Assembly (NCBI GenBank): GCA_938002255.1
Contig: CALLAL010000010.1
Coordinates: 2,117 to 66,116, forward strand
Reading direction: 5' to 3'
Length of the DNA stretch: 64,000 nucleotides
From: an uncultured bacterium
GTDB taxonomy: Bacteria; Desulfobacterota; BSN033; UBA1163
Shown here one piece after another: positions 18,365 to 28,496 of this stretch. The position numbers and the translations under genes are program-made. The notes beneath the pieces are model-generated. The model saw nothing but the letters and a program-made list of their open reading frames with translations. It ran no database searches and had not been told where the DNA came from. The first letter of the stretch is position 1, and the number at the start of each line of letters is the position of its first letter.

Positions 18365-20446
18365 TTAGGCCCCTGGCCCTTTGCTGAGGAGGATTCGAGC
18401 ATCCACGCCAACCGCTCCCTTCTCAAGTGCCATTACTGGATTGATATCCATTCCTTCAATTTCTGGAAAATCGATCATTATTTGAGATAACCGGAGCAGC
18501 ATTTCAATGAGGGCCTCAAGGTCTGAGGGTTTTTCCCCCCTCACTCCTTTAAGGATTGCAGAGCCCTTTAGTTCAGAAATCATCTCCGATGCCTCAGACC
18601 GATTGATGGGAGCCACCCGGAGGGAAGTCTCTTTGAGGACCTCCACATAGATCCCACCCAATCCAAAGAGGAGAACAGGACCAAATGATGGATCTCGTTT
18701 TGCTCCCAGAATGACTTCTTTTCCACCGGAGATCATTTTTTGCACGAGGACACCTTTCAGTTTTCCTGAGCTTAACTCTTTAAGCCTATCGTAGGCCTCT
18801 TCTGCCTTCTTTAAGGAATCAATGTGGAGAACCACTCCCCCCACATCCGATTTGTGAGAAATTTCTGGAGAGATGACTTTCATGGCCGCCGGGATTCCTG
18901 CGTTCTCTAAGGCCTTCTTTAATGCTTCTTTTCGATCAACGATCTGATAATCAGCCACCGAAATACCATAAGTCTGAAGTATCTCCATCGATTCATGAAG
19001 AAGGGGATCTCTTCTCTCTTCGATCGCCTTTTGGATGACCCTGGCTGCATGATCTCGTTCAACGGGAAAGAGAGGAGGTTCTTCCTTCAACGTTGTCAGC
19101 CTCCGGTAATAATCCCTTGAAATGGCCAGCGCTGTTAAGGCATCTTCTGGCTCAGTGAAGATAGGATAATCAAGGGCTCTCTTAATATAGGCGAGTTCCT
19201 CCTCGTCGGTATTGTATTGCAGGGCGACCGGTTTTTCGTAGCGAAAGGCAAGCTCTTTAACAGCCTGGATAAATTTTCTCGAGGGCTCTTTCTCCTCAGC
19301 CGTTGCTCCATGCTGAAAGAGAACACTATGAACCACCTGGAACCTCAGAGCCTGCTCAAGAATTGTCGTATAGATGTCGAAATTGAAGAGATCTCCAAGA
19401 TCGAGCGGATTGGTAGGCTGGATGACCTTTGCCCGGAAAAGGCTGTGGAACTGCTCCTGGAGTTTCGGGTCAGGCGGCAGAAGGCGAAACCCATGTCGTT
19501 CTGCCGAGTCTGCGGCTACGACGCCAATCCCTCCGGAACGAGAAATGATCACAAGGTTTCTCCCTTTACAGGGGGGAAGAGAGAGAATTTTGACCGCATT
19601 GACAAAGGAACGGAAGTCCTTGGTGCGAATGATGTCTGTTTGTTTCAAAGCCGCCTCAACGACCCGATCATCATTGGCCAAAGCAGCGGTATGAAGTTTG
19701 GCAATCTGGCGGCTTCCTTCTCCGGTGTTGGCTTTATGGATGATAATGGGTTTGGAGGTGGAGCGAGCGATTTCCATTAATTCTCTACCGCGTTCGAGGC
19801 TCTCGAGATAGAGGCCAATAATCTCGGTCTGGGGATCGGCAATCAGATATTTCAGGTAGTCGATTTCATTGAGGTCTAATTTATTTCCCATGCTCACCAT
19901 CTTGGAAATGCCTACATTAGCGCTAATCATATGATTGGCATAGGAGAGAAGTACTCCCCCACTCTGAGCTAAAATGGAAAGTTTTCCCTTGCTTACGGGT
20001 CCCCTCTTCAATTTGACAAAAGGCACCACAAACCCATTTTCGATGTTGGCGATTCCAATCCCGTTGGGCCCTACGATTCGGATTTTCCATTTCCGGGCGA
20101 TTTGAAGGATGGTTTGCTCCAATTTACCTCCTTCCTCTGAATATTCTCTGAATCCTCCAGTTTCAATAATGACCCAGCGGATTCCTCTCCGGCCACAGGC
20201 CTCGACCAGATCGGGAACCGTTTGAGCAGGGGTGAGGATGACGGCCACTTCAACATAATCGGGAAGTTGATCTATGGAGGTGAGGATTTTTCGTCCGAAG
20301 AGAATACCCTCTTTTCTGCCCACCAGGAAAATCTCCCCATTGAATTTAAATTCGAAGAGATTTTCAACGATGTTTCGCGCCAGGTTGTCAGGTCTTTCCG
20401 AAACCCCAATCACAGCCACCGATTTAGGATAGAAGAGCTTCTCCAT
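18365..20446 (-). CDS. ADP-forming acetyl-CoA synthetase / NDP-forming acyl-CoA synthetase (fused alpha-beta)
   Basis: About 693 aa from ATG 20446 (MEKLFYPKSVAVIGVS, GGGGAGG SD). CoA-binding, succinyl-CoA-synthetase-like flavodoxin and ATP-grasp regions. Confidence 0.8.
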   Translation of the reverse strand: MEKLFYPKSVAVIGVSERPDNLARNIVENLFEFKFNGEIFLVGRKEGILFGRKILTSIDQLPDYVEVAVILTPAQTVPDLVEACGRRGIRWVIIETGGFREYSEEGGKLEQTILQIARKWKIRIVGPNGIGIANIENGFVVPFVKLKRGPVSKGKLSILAQSGGVLLSYANHMISANVGISKMVSMGNKLDLNEIDYLKYLIADPQTEIIGLYLESLERGRELMEIARSTSKPIIIHKANTGEGSRQIAKLHTAALANDDRVVEAALKQTDIIRTKDFRSFVNAVKILSLPPCKGRNLVIISRSGGIGVVAADSAERHGFRLLPPDPKLQEQFHSLFRAKVIQPTNPLDLGDLFNFDIYTTILEQALRFQVVHSVLFQHGATAEEKEPSRKFIQAVKELAFRYEKPVALQYNTDEEELAYIKRALDYPIFTEPEDALTALAISRDYYRRLTTLKEEPPLFPVERDHAARVIQKAIEERRDPLLHESMEILQTYGISVADYQIVDRKEALKKALENAGIPAAMKVISPEISHKSDVGGVVLHIDSLKKAEEAYDRLKELSSGKLKGVLVQKMISGGKEVILGAKRDPSFGPVLLFGLGGIYVEVLKETSLRVAPINRSEASEMISELKGSAILKGVRGEKPSDLEALIEMLLRLSQIMIDFPEIEGMDINPVMALEKGAVGVDARILLSKGPGA

Positions 20447-20762
20447 GTGTTCCTTGCCTCCCCTGAATTCCAATCTGACGAAATTTATCTCCTATATAAC
20501 CTCTTTTTCCCATCGAGTCCAAACTCCTTCGTAAGAGATCAAAAGAGGTTTCTATGTTCAAATCGTCAAACATTAATCCATTGAACTTTCTTAAGGTAGT
20601 GAGTTCAAAAGGAATGGTCTTTGTAGGAATGGCCAGAGCCGCTTCTGCTTCTTCAGGAGTAAAATTTTCAAAAAGGATTTCAACCGATTCCTCCTTTTGA
20701 GGACCCCCCATTCCTAAGGCGGAAAGGTGTCGGGCGAGCGTTTTGTAAATCTCCTTTCCCAT
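20424..20762 (-). CDS. Small hypothetical protein with a winged-helix-like fold
   Basis: 112 aa. MGKEIYKTLARHLSALG...FTPEEAEAALAIP resembles N-terminal wHTH modules of some Fe-S proteins. Its 3' end overlaps the acyl-CoA synthetase start. Confidence 0.35.
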   Translation of the reverse strand: MGKEIYKTLARHLSALGMGGPQKEESVEILFENFTPEEAEAALAIPTKTIPFELTTLRKFNGLMFDDLNIETSFDLLRRSLDSMGKRGYIGDKFRQIGIQGRQGTHGEALLS

Positions 20763-20835
20763 AGGACCTCCAATATTGATTTGTATCTTGGGTTGTTAGA
20801 ATTGCGGATAAGTTGACGAAAAATCTTTCATAAGA

Positions 20836-20870
20836 AACAAAAAGAGCAGGCCAACGCTCTTACCTGCTCT
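20836..20870 (-). terminator. Intrinsic terminator of the small-membrane-protein operon
   Basis: Minus strand AGAGCAGG-12 nt loop-CCTGCTCT followed by TTTTTGTT. Confidence 0.6.
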
Positions 20871-20933
20871 CTCATATTAATGGGAGGATAGATGAATTGT
20901 CAATTGATCGTTTTCGGGGACCTGGTAAACACT

Positions 20934-21146
20934 TTAACTCAATCTTTTTAAGTGCTTGATCAAGATGATGAGCATAATGGGAATGAGTGTTCCCACCACT
21001 ACCACCGCTCCTCCGACAATATAGATACTGGGACCAATTTCTTCGACCGTCCTGACGACTTGCATGATGGCAATGGATACCATCGAAGCCAAAATGCACA
21101 TCAGGATGATGAGCCCTACCACATTTGAAGCACTGATCTTAAACAT
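20934..21146 (-). CDS. Small 2-TM membrane protein, unknown function
   Basis: About 70 aa from ATG 21146 (GGGGGA SD), strongly hydrophobic. Confidence 0.4.
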   Translation of the reverse strand: MFKISASNVVGLIILMCILASMVSIAIMQVVRTVEEIGPSIYIVGGAVVVVGTLIPIMLIILIKHLKRLS

Positions 21147-21243
21147 TGCCAGTCCCCCTTTCATATCATCGCTAAGATGATTACCCGGCTTAATGTTCTT
21201 TGGCTTCTTCCAAGGAAAGGCAGGGCTGTTTCTCTTGTCGTCT

Positions 21244-21525
21244 TTATCTCTTTACAACGACAGGCTCAGCCACAGGAACCATTGCCTCTTCTGGAGCCAC
21301 CTTCTCCTTCTTAAGAGCGGTCGAGATTGTCGTTCCAATGAAGCTGAAGAATAGAATGGCAGCCGGAATCAGCTGAAGAAGAACGATGATTGCTCCGATG
21401 GCTGCAAAGACCCAAAGGGCAGCTCCTGCCTCTTTGAGCTCAACCGTCCGAGCAAATGCCGGAGTTGCAATCATGGTTGCCACTGCTCCTATCAATCCTG
21501 CTTTTAAGGTCTCGATCTTTTTCAT
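21244..21525 (-). CDS. Small membrane/secreted protein, unknown function
   Basis: About 93 aa from ATG 21525 (AAGGAGGAA SD). Signal-like N-terminus ...TPAFA followed by one TM. Confidence 0.45.
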   Translation of the reverse strand: MKKIETLKAGLIGAVATMIATPAFARTVELKEAGAALWVFAAIGAIIVLLQLIPAAILFFSFIGTTISTALKKEKVAPEEAMVPVAEPVVVKR

Positions 21526-21929
21526 CTCTCTTTCCTCCTTTTTATTTTTTATTAACTTCACCCTATTAATAGCATTAAGAATGCCAACGTTAACATTTTT
21601 TATAAAATTATCATAATATTTTGAATTTATTAATGTTTTTTAAAATTTAATCTAATTTTCAGTAGGGCGCTCGATAAAATATGTATTATTTTTATATACG
21701 CTTAGATAGGGTATAAATCAATTAATTCAATATAATTGATTGATATTTAAATAAAATTAACGAATAAAAAAATTATACTTTTTTATTATTTCAATATTCT
21801 TATTCTAAGTGGTATCTATGGATTCCCCTTATTTTTTTATCCTGAATGGACGAGGGAGGGTTTATTTTTTCTTCTGCATGAAAAGGAGTTAAACCTGAAA
21901 TGTAGTAATCATATATTTTCTTAAAAAGG

Positions 21930-21959
21930 TTGACGTGATGTAAAAATTATATTTATAAT
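21930..21959 (+). promoter_or_regulatory. Sigma70-type promoter of nifU-nifS
   Basis: TTGACG, 18 nt spacer, TATAAT. GAGGGGG SD precedes ATG 21983. Confidence 0.55.
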
Positions 21960-21982
21960 TTAAAAAATATGAGGGGGATTTT

Positions 21983-22825
21983 ATGTGGGATTATACAGAT
22001 AAAGTAAAGGATCATTTCCTTAATCCAAGAAATGTTGGGGAGATTGAAAACCCGGACGGCGTGGGAGAAGTTGGCTCCCTTGCCTGTGGAGATGCATTGA
22101 GACTCAGCTTTAAACTGGACGAAAATAAAAGGATTAAGGAGGTCAAATTTAAGACATTCGGATGTGCAAGTGCTATTGCTTCTTCATCAGCCCTGACAGA
22201 GATGATTAAAGGGATGACTCTTGAAGAGGCGGAAAAGGTGACCAACCAGGATATTGCAAATTATTTAGGGGGGCTCCCGGAAGAGAAGATGCATTGTTCG
22301 GTCATGGGAAGAGAAGCCCTTGAAGCCGCCATTGCCAATTATCGGGGGCAGAAGGTTGTTAAAGAAGATTTCGAAATTGTCTGTAAATGTTTCGGAGTGA
22401 CGGATAGAGAGATTATCAAAGCGGTCCGAGAGAACGACCTAAAGACAGTTGAACAGGTTACTTATTATACAAAGGCTGGAGGAGGGTGTGCTAAATGCCA
22501 TCCTAAAATCGAGGCCATCCTCGAAAAGGTGAGAAAAGAGATGGAACAAGAAGGGATTCTCCAGAGACCAGAAAGGAAAAAGCTTACCAACATTCAAAAG
22601 ATTAAGTTGATCGAAGAAACCCTGGGCAGAGAAATTGTTCCTGCATTAAAAGCGGATGGCGGAGATCTGGAGTTGATCGATGTCGAGGGAAGTAAAGTCT
22701 ATGTTGCCCTGAGAGGGAAGTGTTCTTTTTGCCCCAGTTCCGAATTCACCTTAAAACAGTATGTGGAATCAAAATTGAAGGAATTTGTCAGCGATGATAT
22801 CGTCGTGGAGGAGGTTAAACCGTGA
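21983..22825 (+). CDS. nifU: NifU-type Fe-S cluster scaffold (IscU-like N-domain, central 2Fe-2S domain, Nfu C-domain)
   Basis: 280 aa. GSLACGDALRL...FGCASAIASSS...MHCSVMG, central CKC..C..C cysteines and C-terminal GKCSFC. Confidence 0.9.
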   Translation: MWDYTDKVKDHFLNPRNVGEIENPDGVGEVGSLACGDALRLSFKLDENKRIKEVKFKTFGCASAIASSSALTEMIKGMTLEEAEKVTNQDIANYLGGLPEEKMHCSVMGREALEAAIANYRGQKVVKEDFEIVCKCFGVTDREIIKAVRENDLKTVEQVTYYTKAGGGCAKCHPKIEAILEKVRKEMEQEGILQRPERKKLTNIQKIKLIEETLGREIVPALKADGGDLELIDVEGSKVYVALRGKCSFCPSSEFTLKQYVESKLKEFVSDDIVVEEVKP

Positions 22826-24000
22826 GGACTGTTTATGTAGATAATAATGCGACAACCCGAGTTGCTCCTGAAGTGGTTGAGGTGATGTTACCTTATTTTT
22901 CTGACCTGTACGGGAATCCCTCCAGTATGCATTTCTTTGGGGGGCAGGTTCAAAAGAAGGTGAACGAGGCGAGGGAACAGGTGGCTGATTTTTTGGGAGC
23001 AGACCCTTCAGAGATTGTTTTTACGAGTTGTGGCACTGAAAGTGATAACGCAGCCATTTTTGGAACCCTTGACTCCTATCCCGAAAAGCGCCATTTTGTT
23101 ACTTCAAGGGTCGAGCATCCTGCCGTCTTGAATGTGACTTCCTATTTGAATCGAAAAGGGTATCGGACGACAGAGATTCGTGTGGATCGAGAAGGACGAC
23201 TGGATCTGGATGAGTTAAAGGAATCGATATCAGATGATACGGCTCTGGTTTCCATTATGTATGCCAATAACGAGACGGGAGTGATCTTTCCCATAGAAGA
23301 GATCGGTCAGATTCTAAAAGCAAGGGGAATTCCTTTTCACACCGATGGCGTTCAGGCTGCTGGTAAGATTCCTTTAAATATGAAGAAATCGACGATCGAT
23401 ATGCTCTCTATTTCAGGTCATAAACTCCATGCACCTAAAGGAATTGGAGTGCTCTATATCCGGAAAGGAACAAAATTTTCTCCCTTTATCATTGGAGGCC
23501 ATCAGGAAAAAGGACGCAGAGGAGGGACAGAAAATGTTCCCTACATCATCGGCCTCGGAAAAGCCTGTGAACTGGCAAAGAAGCATCTCGGCGATGAGAA
23601 TACGAGAGTTAAAGCCCTAAGAGATTACCTTGAAACGAAGATCCTGGAGAAAATCCCGAATACTCTGGTCAATGGAGACCGGAACAACCGACTTCCCAAT
23701 ACGTTGAGCGTCAGTTTTGAATATGTAGAAGGAGAATCCATTCTCCTATTGCTCTCCGATCTGGGGATCTGTGCGTCTTCAGGGTCTGCCTGTACCTCAG
23801 GCTCCCTTGAGCCTTCCCACGTCCTCAGAGCCATGGGCGTTCCTTTTACCGCAGCCCACGGCTCCATCCGTTTCAGCCTTTCCATTTACAACACCAAAGA
23901 AGAGATGGACTACATCATCGAGCATCTTCCGCCGATCATCCAGAGGTTGCGGGACATCTCGCCCTTCTGGAAAGACTACCTTAAATCCCAGGGGAAATAA
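22822..24000 (+). CDS. nifS: Cysteine desulfurase, NifS type
   Basis: 392 aa. PLP lysine SGHKLHAPKG and active-site SSGSACTSG. Overlaps the nifU stop by 4 nt. Confidence 0.9.
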   Translation: MRTVYVDNNATTRVAPEVVEVMLPYFSDLYGNPSSMHFFGGQVQKKVNEAREQVADFLGADPSEIVFTSCGTESDNAAIFGTLDSYPEKRHFVTSRVEHPAVLNVTSYLNRKGYRTTEIRVDREGRLDLDELKESISDDTALVSIMYANNETGVIFPIEEIGQILKARGIPFHTDGVQAAGKIPLNMKKSTIDMLSISGHKLHAPKGIGVLYIRKGTKFSPFIIGGHQEKGRRGGTENVPYIIGLGKACELAKKHLGDENTRVKALRDYLETKILEKIPNTLVNGDRNNRLPNTLSVSFEYVEGESILLLLSDLGICASSGSACTSGSLEPSHVLRAMGVPFTAAHGSIRFSLSIYNTKEEMDYIIEHLPPIIQRLRDISPFWKDYLKSQGK

Positions 24001-24024
24001 GAACCATTAGGTTGAGAGAATCGA

Positions 24025-25035
24025 ATGGAGATTCAAGGACTAAAGGCATTGGTGACAGGGGCGTCGGGTTTTATTGGGAGTCGTCTCGCAGAACGGCTGG
24101 CAACAGAAGAAGGGGTGCGCGTTCGTGCTATGGTTCGAACTCTAAAGAAGGCGGAACGTCTAAAAAAACTTCCGCTGGAGATTGTGCATGCAGATCTGCT
24201 CGATTTGGATTCGTTGCATAAAGCTGTCCAGGGATGTGATCTCGTTTTCCATTGTGCGGCCATGGTTCGAGAGACTGGAGATCGGGAGGTCTTTTATCGA
24301 ACCAATGTGGAGGGCACGAAGAACATTCTAAAGGCTTCCATCGAAGCGGGTATTAAGAAGTTTATCCATTTCAGCAGTGTAGCTGTTTATGGAATGAACC
24401 CACCGGACCGGGTTAACGAAACAACACCTTACCAGCCCTGTGGGAATCTCTATTGTGACACAAAGATCGAAGCCGAGAAAGTTGTCTGGGCTACCCATCA
24501 TGAGAAGGGAATTCCTGTGGTCATTATTCAGCCTGCCAATGTCTACGGGCCGCACTCGAATCCCTGGACTGTCCGTCCCATCAAACAGATCCAATCAGGC
24601 CAAATGATCCTCATCAACGGAGGGAGAGGCCTCTGTAACTATGTCTATATTGATAACCTCATCAATGCCACACTTGCAGCAACGAAAAACGAAGCTTCTG
24701 TAGGCCAGGCCTATTTGATCAGCGATGGGAACCCTGTGCCATGGAAGGAATTTTTCGGATACTATGCCCGAATGGCTGGAAAGCCTGATCTCCGATCCGT
24801 TCCCGAAGGGATTGCGAAAGTGATTGCACTGGCAATGGAGATGAGCTCGAAATTTACTGCAAAGCCACCCAAAATTTCACGCGAGGCCGTAAGATATCTT
24901 ACGCGCCAATCGCACTTCAGCATCGAAAAGGCGAAGCGTGAGTTAGGGTATCAACCCCGTTTTTCTCTCGAAGAGGGTATGAAGCTGACCGAGCAGTGGT
25001 TAAGGAAGGCGGGCTATCTTCCTGAATTGAAATAA
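24025..25035 (+). CDS. NAD-dependent epimerase/dehydratase (extended SDR)
   Basis: GASGFIGSRL Rossmann motif and YCDTK catalytic motif. Confidence 0.75.
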   Translation: MEIQGLKALVTGASGFIGSRLAERLATEEGVRVRAMVRTLKKAERLKKLPLEIVHADLLDLDSLHKAVQGCDLVFHCAAMVRETGDREVFYRTNVEGTKNILKASIEAGIKKFIHFSSVAVYGMNPPDRVNETTPYQPCGNLYCDTKIEAEKVVWATHHEKGIPVVIIQPANVYGPHSNPWTVRPIKQIQSGQMILINGGRGLCNYVYIDNLINATLAATKNEASVGQAYLISDGNPVPWKEFFGYYARMAGKPDLRSVPEGIAKVIALAMEMSSKFTAKPPKISREAVRYLTRQSHFSIEKAKRELGYQPRFSLEEGMKLTEQWLRKAGYLPELK

Positions 25036-25069
25036 GGAACAAATCAACTCTTAAACTTAAAACACCACT

Positions 25070-25140
25070 CTAAATAAACCTAACACCCAAAGTCTAAAGA
25101 ATGATTTTCAGTTTTTAATTTGGGTTGTGAGTTTGTTTAG
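25070..25140 (+). terminator. Long imperfect hairpin in the convergent intergenic region (3' structure of the SDR gene)
   Basis: CUAAAUAAACCUAACACCCAAA pairs with UUUGGGUUGUGAGUUUGUUUAG at 19 of 22 positions, but only when G-U wobbles on the + strand are allowed. Confidence 0.4.
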
Positions 25141-25207
25141 GAATAAGACGTTTGTATTTAGAGTTTATCTTTTTTACAAAATTCTCCACCCTTCCATCTC
25201 CTATAAA

Positions 25208-28200
25208 TTAATGAATATCTTCATGGTAGCTCTGGAGGGAACGGACAGCACCTTTTCCCTGGCGGTAGGCGGCAATGCCTTTAGCAGCAGCAATAGCCGC
25301 GGCTAAGGTGGTGATGTAAGGAATTTTATATTTGATGGCTGTCTTACGGATGTAGGAATCATCCTCTTTGCTCAATCTACCGCTGGGCGTGTTGATGACA
25401 AGATGAATCTCTCCATTCTTAATGCCATCGACAATATTGGGCCGACCTTCATGCATCTTCAGAATGGGTTCAGATTCGATTCCATGATCGAAAAGAAATC
25501 GGTGGGTACCATTGGTTGCTTTTATCTTAAACCCGAGCCTCACAAATTCCTGTGCCACTTCAAGAACAGCGGGTCGATCGCTTTTTGAAACGGTGATGAG
25601 AACCGTTCCTTCAGTGGGCAAAAGTTGCTGAGCGGCCTCCTCCGCTTTAAAATAGGCAAGGCCAAAGGTGTCTGCCATTCCTAAAACTTCTCCAGTAGAA
25701 CGCATCTCAGGTCCAAGCACTGGATCGACTTCAGGAAACATATTGAACGGAAAGACAGACTCTTTGACGCCGAAGTGCCTGACGAATTTGGGTCTCAGGT
25801 TGAGAGAACTCAATCTTTTACCAAGCATTACCTTCGTGGCCAGCCGTGCCATTGGAATGTTGCAAACCTTTGAGACAAGAGGGACAGTACGGGATGCACG
25901 GGGATTGGCTTCCAGGACAAAAACCCGGTCATGGGCAATGGCATACTGGATATTCATCAAACCAATGACGTTAAGTTCGATGGCGATCCGCCGGGTGTAT
26001 TCTGTAATAGTCTCCTGATGTTTAGCTGGAATGCTGATGGGAGGAATCACACAGGCGGAATCTCCGGAGTGAACTCCCGCGAGCTCAATATGTTCCATGA
26101 TAGCAGGCACAAAGGCATCGGTGCCGTCAGAGATGGCATCGGCCTCTGTCTCGATGGCATTTTCCAGGAATTTATCAATGAGGATAGGTCGCTCAGGTGT
26201 TACCCCTACTGCTGCAGCCACGTACTGTTTGAGCATCTCCTCATCATGGACGACCTCCATCCCCCGTCCTCCAAGAACATAGGAGGGCCTGACCATGAGG
26301 GGATATCCAATCTTTTCCGCCACTCGTAACGCCTCCTCAAGATTGCTGGCCATGCCGGATTCAGGCATAGGAATGGCTAATTTTGCCATCATCTGGCGGA
26401 AACGATCCCGATCCTCGGCAAGATCAATTGTTTCCGGTGAGGTCCCGATAATCTTAACTCCTGCTTCTGCCAATTCTTTTGCAATATTGAGTGGGGTCTG
26501 CCCGCCAAACTGGACGATGACACCCAGAGGTTTCTCCTTTTCATAAATGCTTAAGACGTCCTCTACCGTTAAAGGTTCAAAATAAAGTTTATCGGATGTG
26601 TCATAATCTGTTGAAACCGTCTCGGGATTGCAATTCACCATAATGGTCTCATATCCCTCATCGCGAAGGGCAAAAGCGGCGTGAACACAGCAGTAATCGA
26701 ATTCGATTCCCTGTCCGATCCGATTTGGACCTCCCCCCAAAATCATGACCTTTGGCCTATTGCTGACGTTTACCTGATCAGGTGCATTGTAAGTGGAGTA
26801 GTAGTATGCGGCGTTTTCTACTCCACTGACCGGCACAGGCTCCCACCCCTGGACCACCCCTAAAGAGATTCTTCGATTTCTGATCTCTTTTTCTGGAAGG
26901 CCGAGGAGATTGGCAAGATATCTGTCTGCAAAACCATCTTTCTTTGCCTGTACCAATAACGCATCAGGCAGGGGTTTTCCCCTATGCTTCAGGATCTTCT
27001 CTTCCAGTTCGACCAGTTCCTTCATCTGTTCAATGAACCAAGGTTTGATATAGGTCTTTTTATAAAGGTCTTCCACGGTTGCCCCTTTGCGGAGGGCCTC
27101 ATACATGATAAACTGTCGTTCGCTCGAAGGTTCGGTCAGAAGATCCATCAATTCATCAATACTTTTTTGATTAAAATCCTTGGCAAAGCCAAGTCCATAG
27201 CGTCCGATTTCAAGCGATCGGATAGATTTCTGAAGGGCCTCTTTATATGTCTTCCCGATGCTCATCACCTCACCCACGGCGCGCATCTGGGTGCCGAGTT
27301 TGTCCTGGGCATTTTTAAATTTTTCAAAAGCCCAGCGGGCAAACTTCACCACCACATAATCTCCGGATGGCGTATATTTATCCAAGGTTCCCTCTCTCCA
27401 GTAAGGGATTTCATCCAAGGTCATACCCGCAGCCAGTTTCGCCGAAACAAGGGCGATAGGAAAACCCGTCGCTTTAGAGGCAAGGGCCGAGGAGCGTGAG
27501 GTTCTAGGGTTGATTTCGATAACGACCACTCGATCGGTTTCGGGATCATGAGCAAACTGGATGTTCGTGCCTCCAATGACCTGAATGGCTTCGACAATGT
27601 CATAGGAATATTTTTGAAGTCTTTTTTGAAGGTCAGGAGAGATGGTCAGCATTGGAGCAGTACAGAAGGAATCACCGGTGTGAATCCCCATAGCATCCAC
27701 ATTTTCAATAAAACAGACGGTGATCATCTGGTTTTTAGAGTCTCGGACAACCTCAAGTTCCAATTCCTCCCATCCCAAGACGGACTCTTCTACCAAAATC
27801 TGACCGACAAGGCTCGCCGAGATCCCACGGCTGGCCACCGCACGCAACTCCTCTATGTTGTAAACTAATCCTCCTCCTGTACCTCCAAGGGTATAGGCAG
27901 GCCGAATGACCACCGGATACCCGAGTTCCGCAGCGATCTCCTCAGCTTCTTCCACGGTCAGAGCAATTTTACTTCGGGGCATTTCGATCCCCAGCCGTTT
28001 CATCGTCTCCTTAAAAGCTAGCCGGTCCTCTCCTCTCTCTATGGCATCGATATCCACCCCGATAATCTTTACGCCATATTGTTCAAGGACGCCTGTCCGG
28101 GCCAATTCAGAGGAAAGATTGAGCCCTGTCTGGCCTCCAAGATTGGGCAAAAGAGCGTCTGGTCGTTCTTTTTCGATAATGTCTTTCATTCTCTGAAGGT

Positions 28201-28408
28201 TGAGTGGCTCGATATAAGTCGCATCTGCCATTCCCGGATCAGTCATAATGGTTGCTGGGTTTGAATTGACGAGCACAATCTTGTAACCCAGTTCACGCAG
28301 AGCTTTACAGGCCTGAGTGCCGGAATAGTCAAATTCACAAGCCTGACCGATGACGATTGGACCTGAACCAATAATCATGACTTTATGGATGTCATTTCGT
28401 CGTGGCAT
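25208..28408 (-). CDS. carB: Carbamoyl-phosphate synthase large subunit
   Basis: 1066 aa, two ATP-grasp halves plus an MGS-like C-terminal domain. Very strong family-wide similarity. Confidence 0.95.
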   Translation of the reverse strand: MPRRNDIHKVMIIGSGPIVIGQACEFDYSGTQACKALRELGYKIVLVNSNPATIMTDPGMADATYIEPLNLQRMKDIIEKERPDALLPNLGGQTGLNLSSELARTGVLEQYGVKIIGVDIDAIERGEDRLAFKETMKRLGIEMPRSKIALTVEEAEEIAAELGYPVVIRPAYTLGGTGGGLVYNIEELRAVASRGISASLVGQILVEESVLGWEELELEVVRDSKNQMITVCFIENVDAMGIHTGDSFCTAPMLTISPDLQKRLQKYSYDIVEAIQVIGGTNIQFAHDPETDRVVVIEINPRTSRSSALASKATGFPIALVSAKLAAGMTLDEIPYWREGTLDKYTPSGDYVVVKFARWAFEKFKNAQDKLGTQMRAVGEVMSIGKTYKEALQKSIRSLEIGRYGLGFAKDFNQKSIDELMDLLTEPSSERQFIMYEALRKGATVEDLYKKTYIKPWFIEQMKELVELEEKILKHRGKPLPDALLVQAKKDGFADRYLANLLGLPEKEIRNRRISLGVVQGWEPVPVSGVENAAYYYSTYNAPDQVNVSNRPKVMILGGGPNRIGQGIEFDYCCVHAAFALRDEGYETIMVNCNPETVSTDYDTSDKLYFEPLTVEDVLSIYEKEKPLGVIVQFGGQTPLNIAKELAEAGVKIIGTSPETIDLAEDRDRFRQMMAKLAIPMPESGMASNLEEALRVAEKIGYPLMVRPSYVLGGRGMEVVHDEEMLKQYVAAAVGVTPERPILIDKFLENAIETEADAISDGTDAFVPAIMEHIELAGVHSGDSACVIPPISIPAKHQETITEYTRRIAIELNVIGLMNIQYAIAHDRVFVLEANPRASRTVPLVSKVCNIPMARLATKVMLGKRLSSLNLRPKFVRHFGVKESVFPFNMFPEVDPVLGPEMRSTGEVLGMADTFGLAYFKAEEAAQQLLPTEGTVLITVSKSDRPAVLEVAQEFVRLGFKIKATNGTHRFLFDHGIESEPILKMHEGRPNIVDGIKNGEIHLVINTPSGRLSKEDDSYIRKTAIKYKIPYITTLAAAIAAAKGIAAYRQGKGAVRSLQSYHEDIH

Positions 28409-28496
28409 ATCGATTCTCCTTTGGAACTGTGTTACATGGTGGATTATTGAATCTTAATTTAAATCGAAGGAAGTATAGTTTGACTTAAAAAGGGTG

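Noticed and set aside
19217-19780. 187-aa plus-strand ORF (also 19374-19694).
   Set aside because: Antisense to the acyl-CoA synthetase gene, with no motifs.
26984-27499. 171-aa plus-strand ORF, plus several others between 25403 and 28264.
   Set aside because: All are antisense shadows within carB, one of the best-supported genes in the window.
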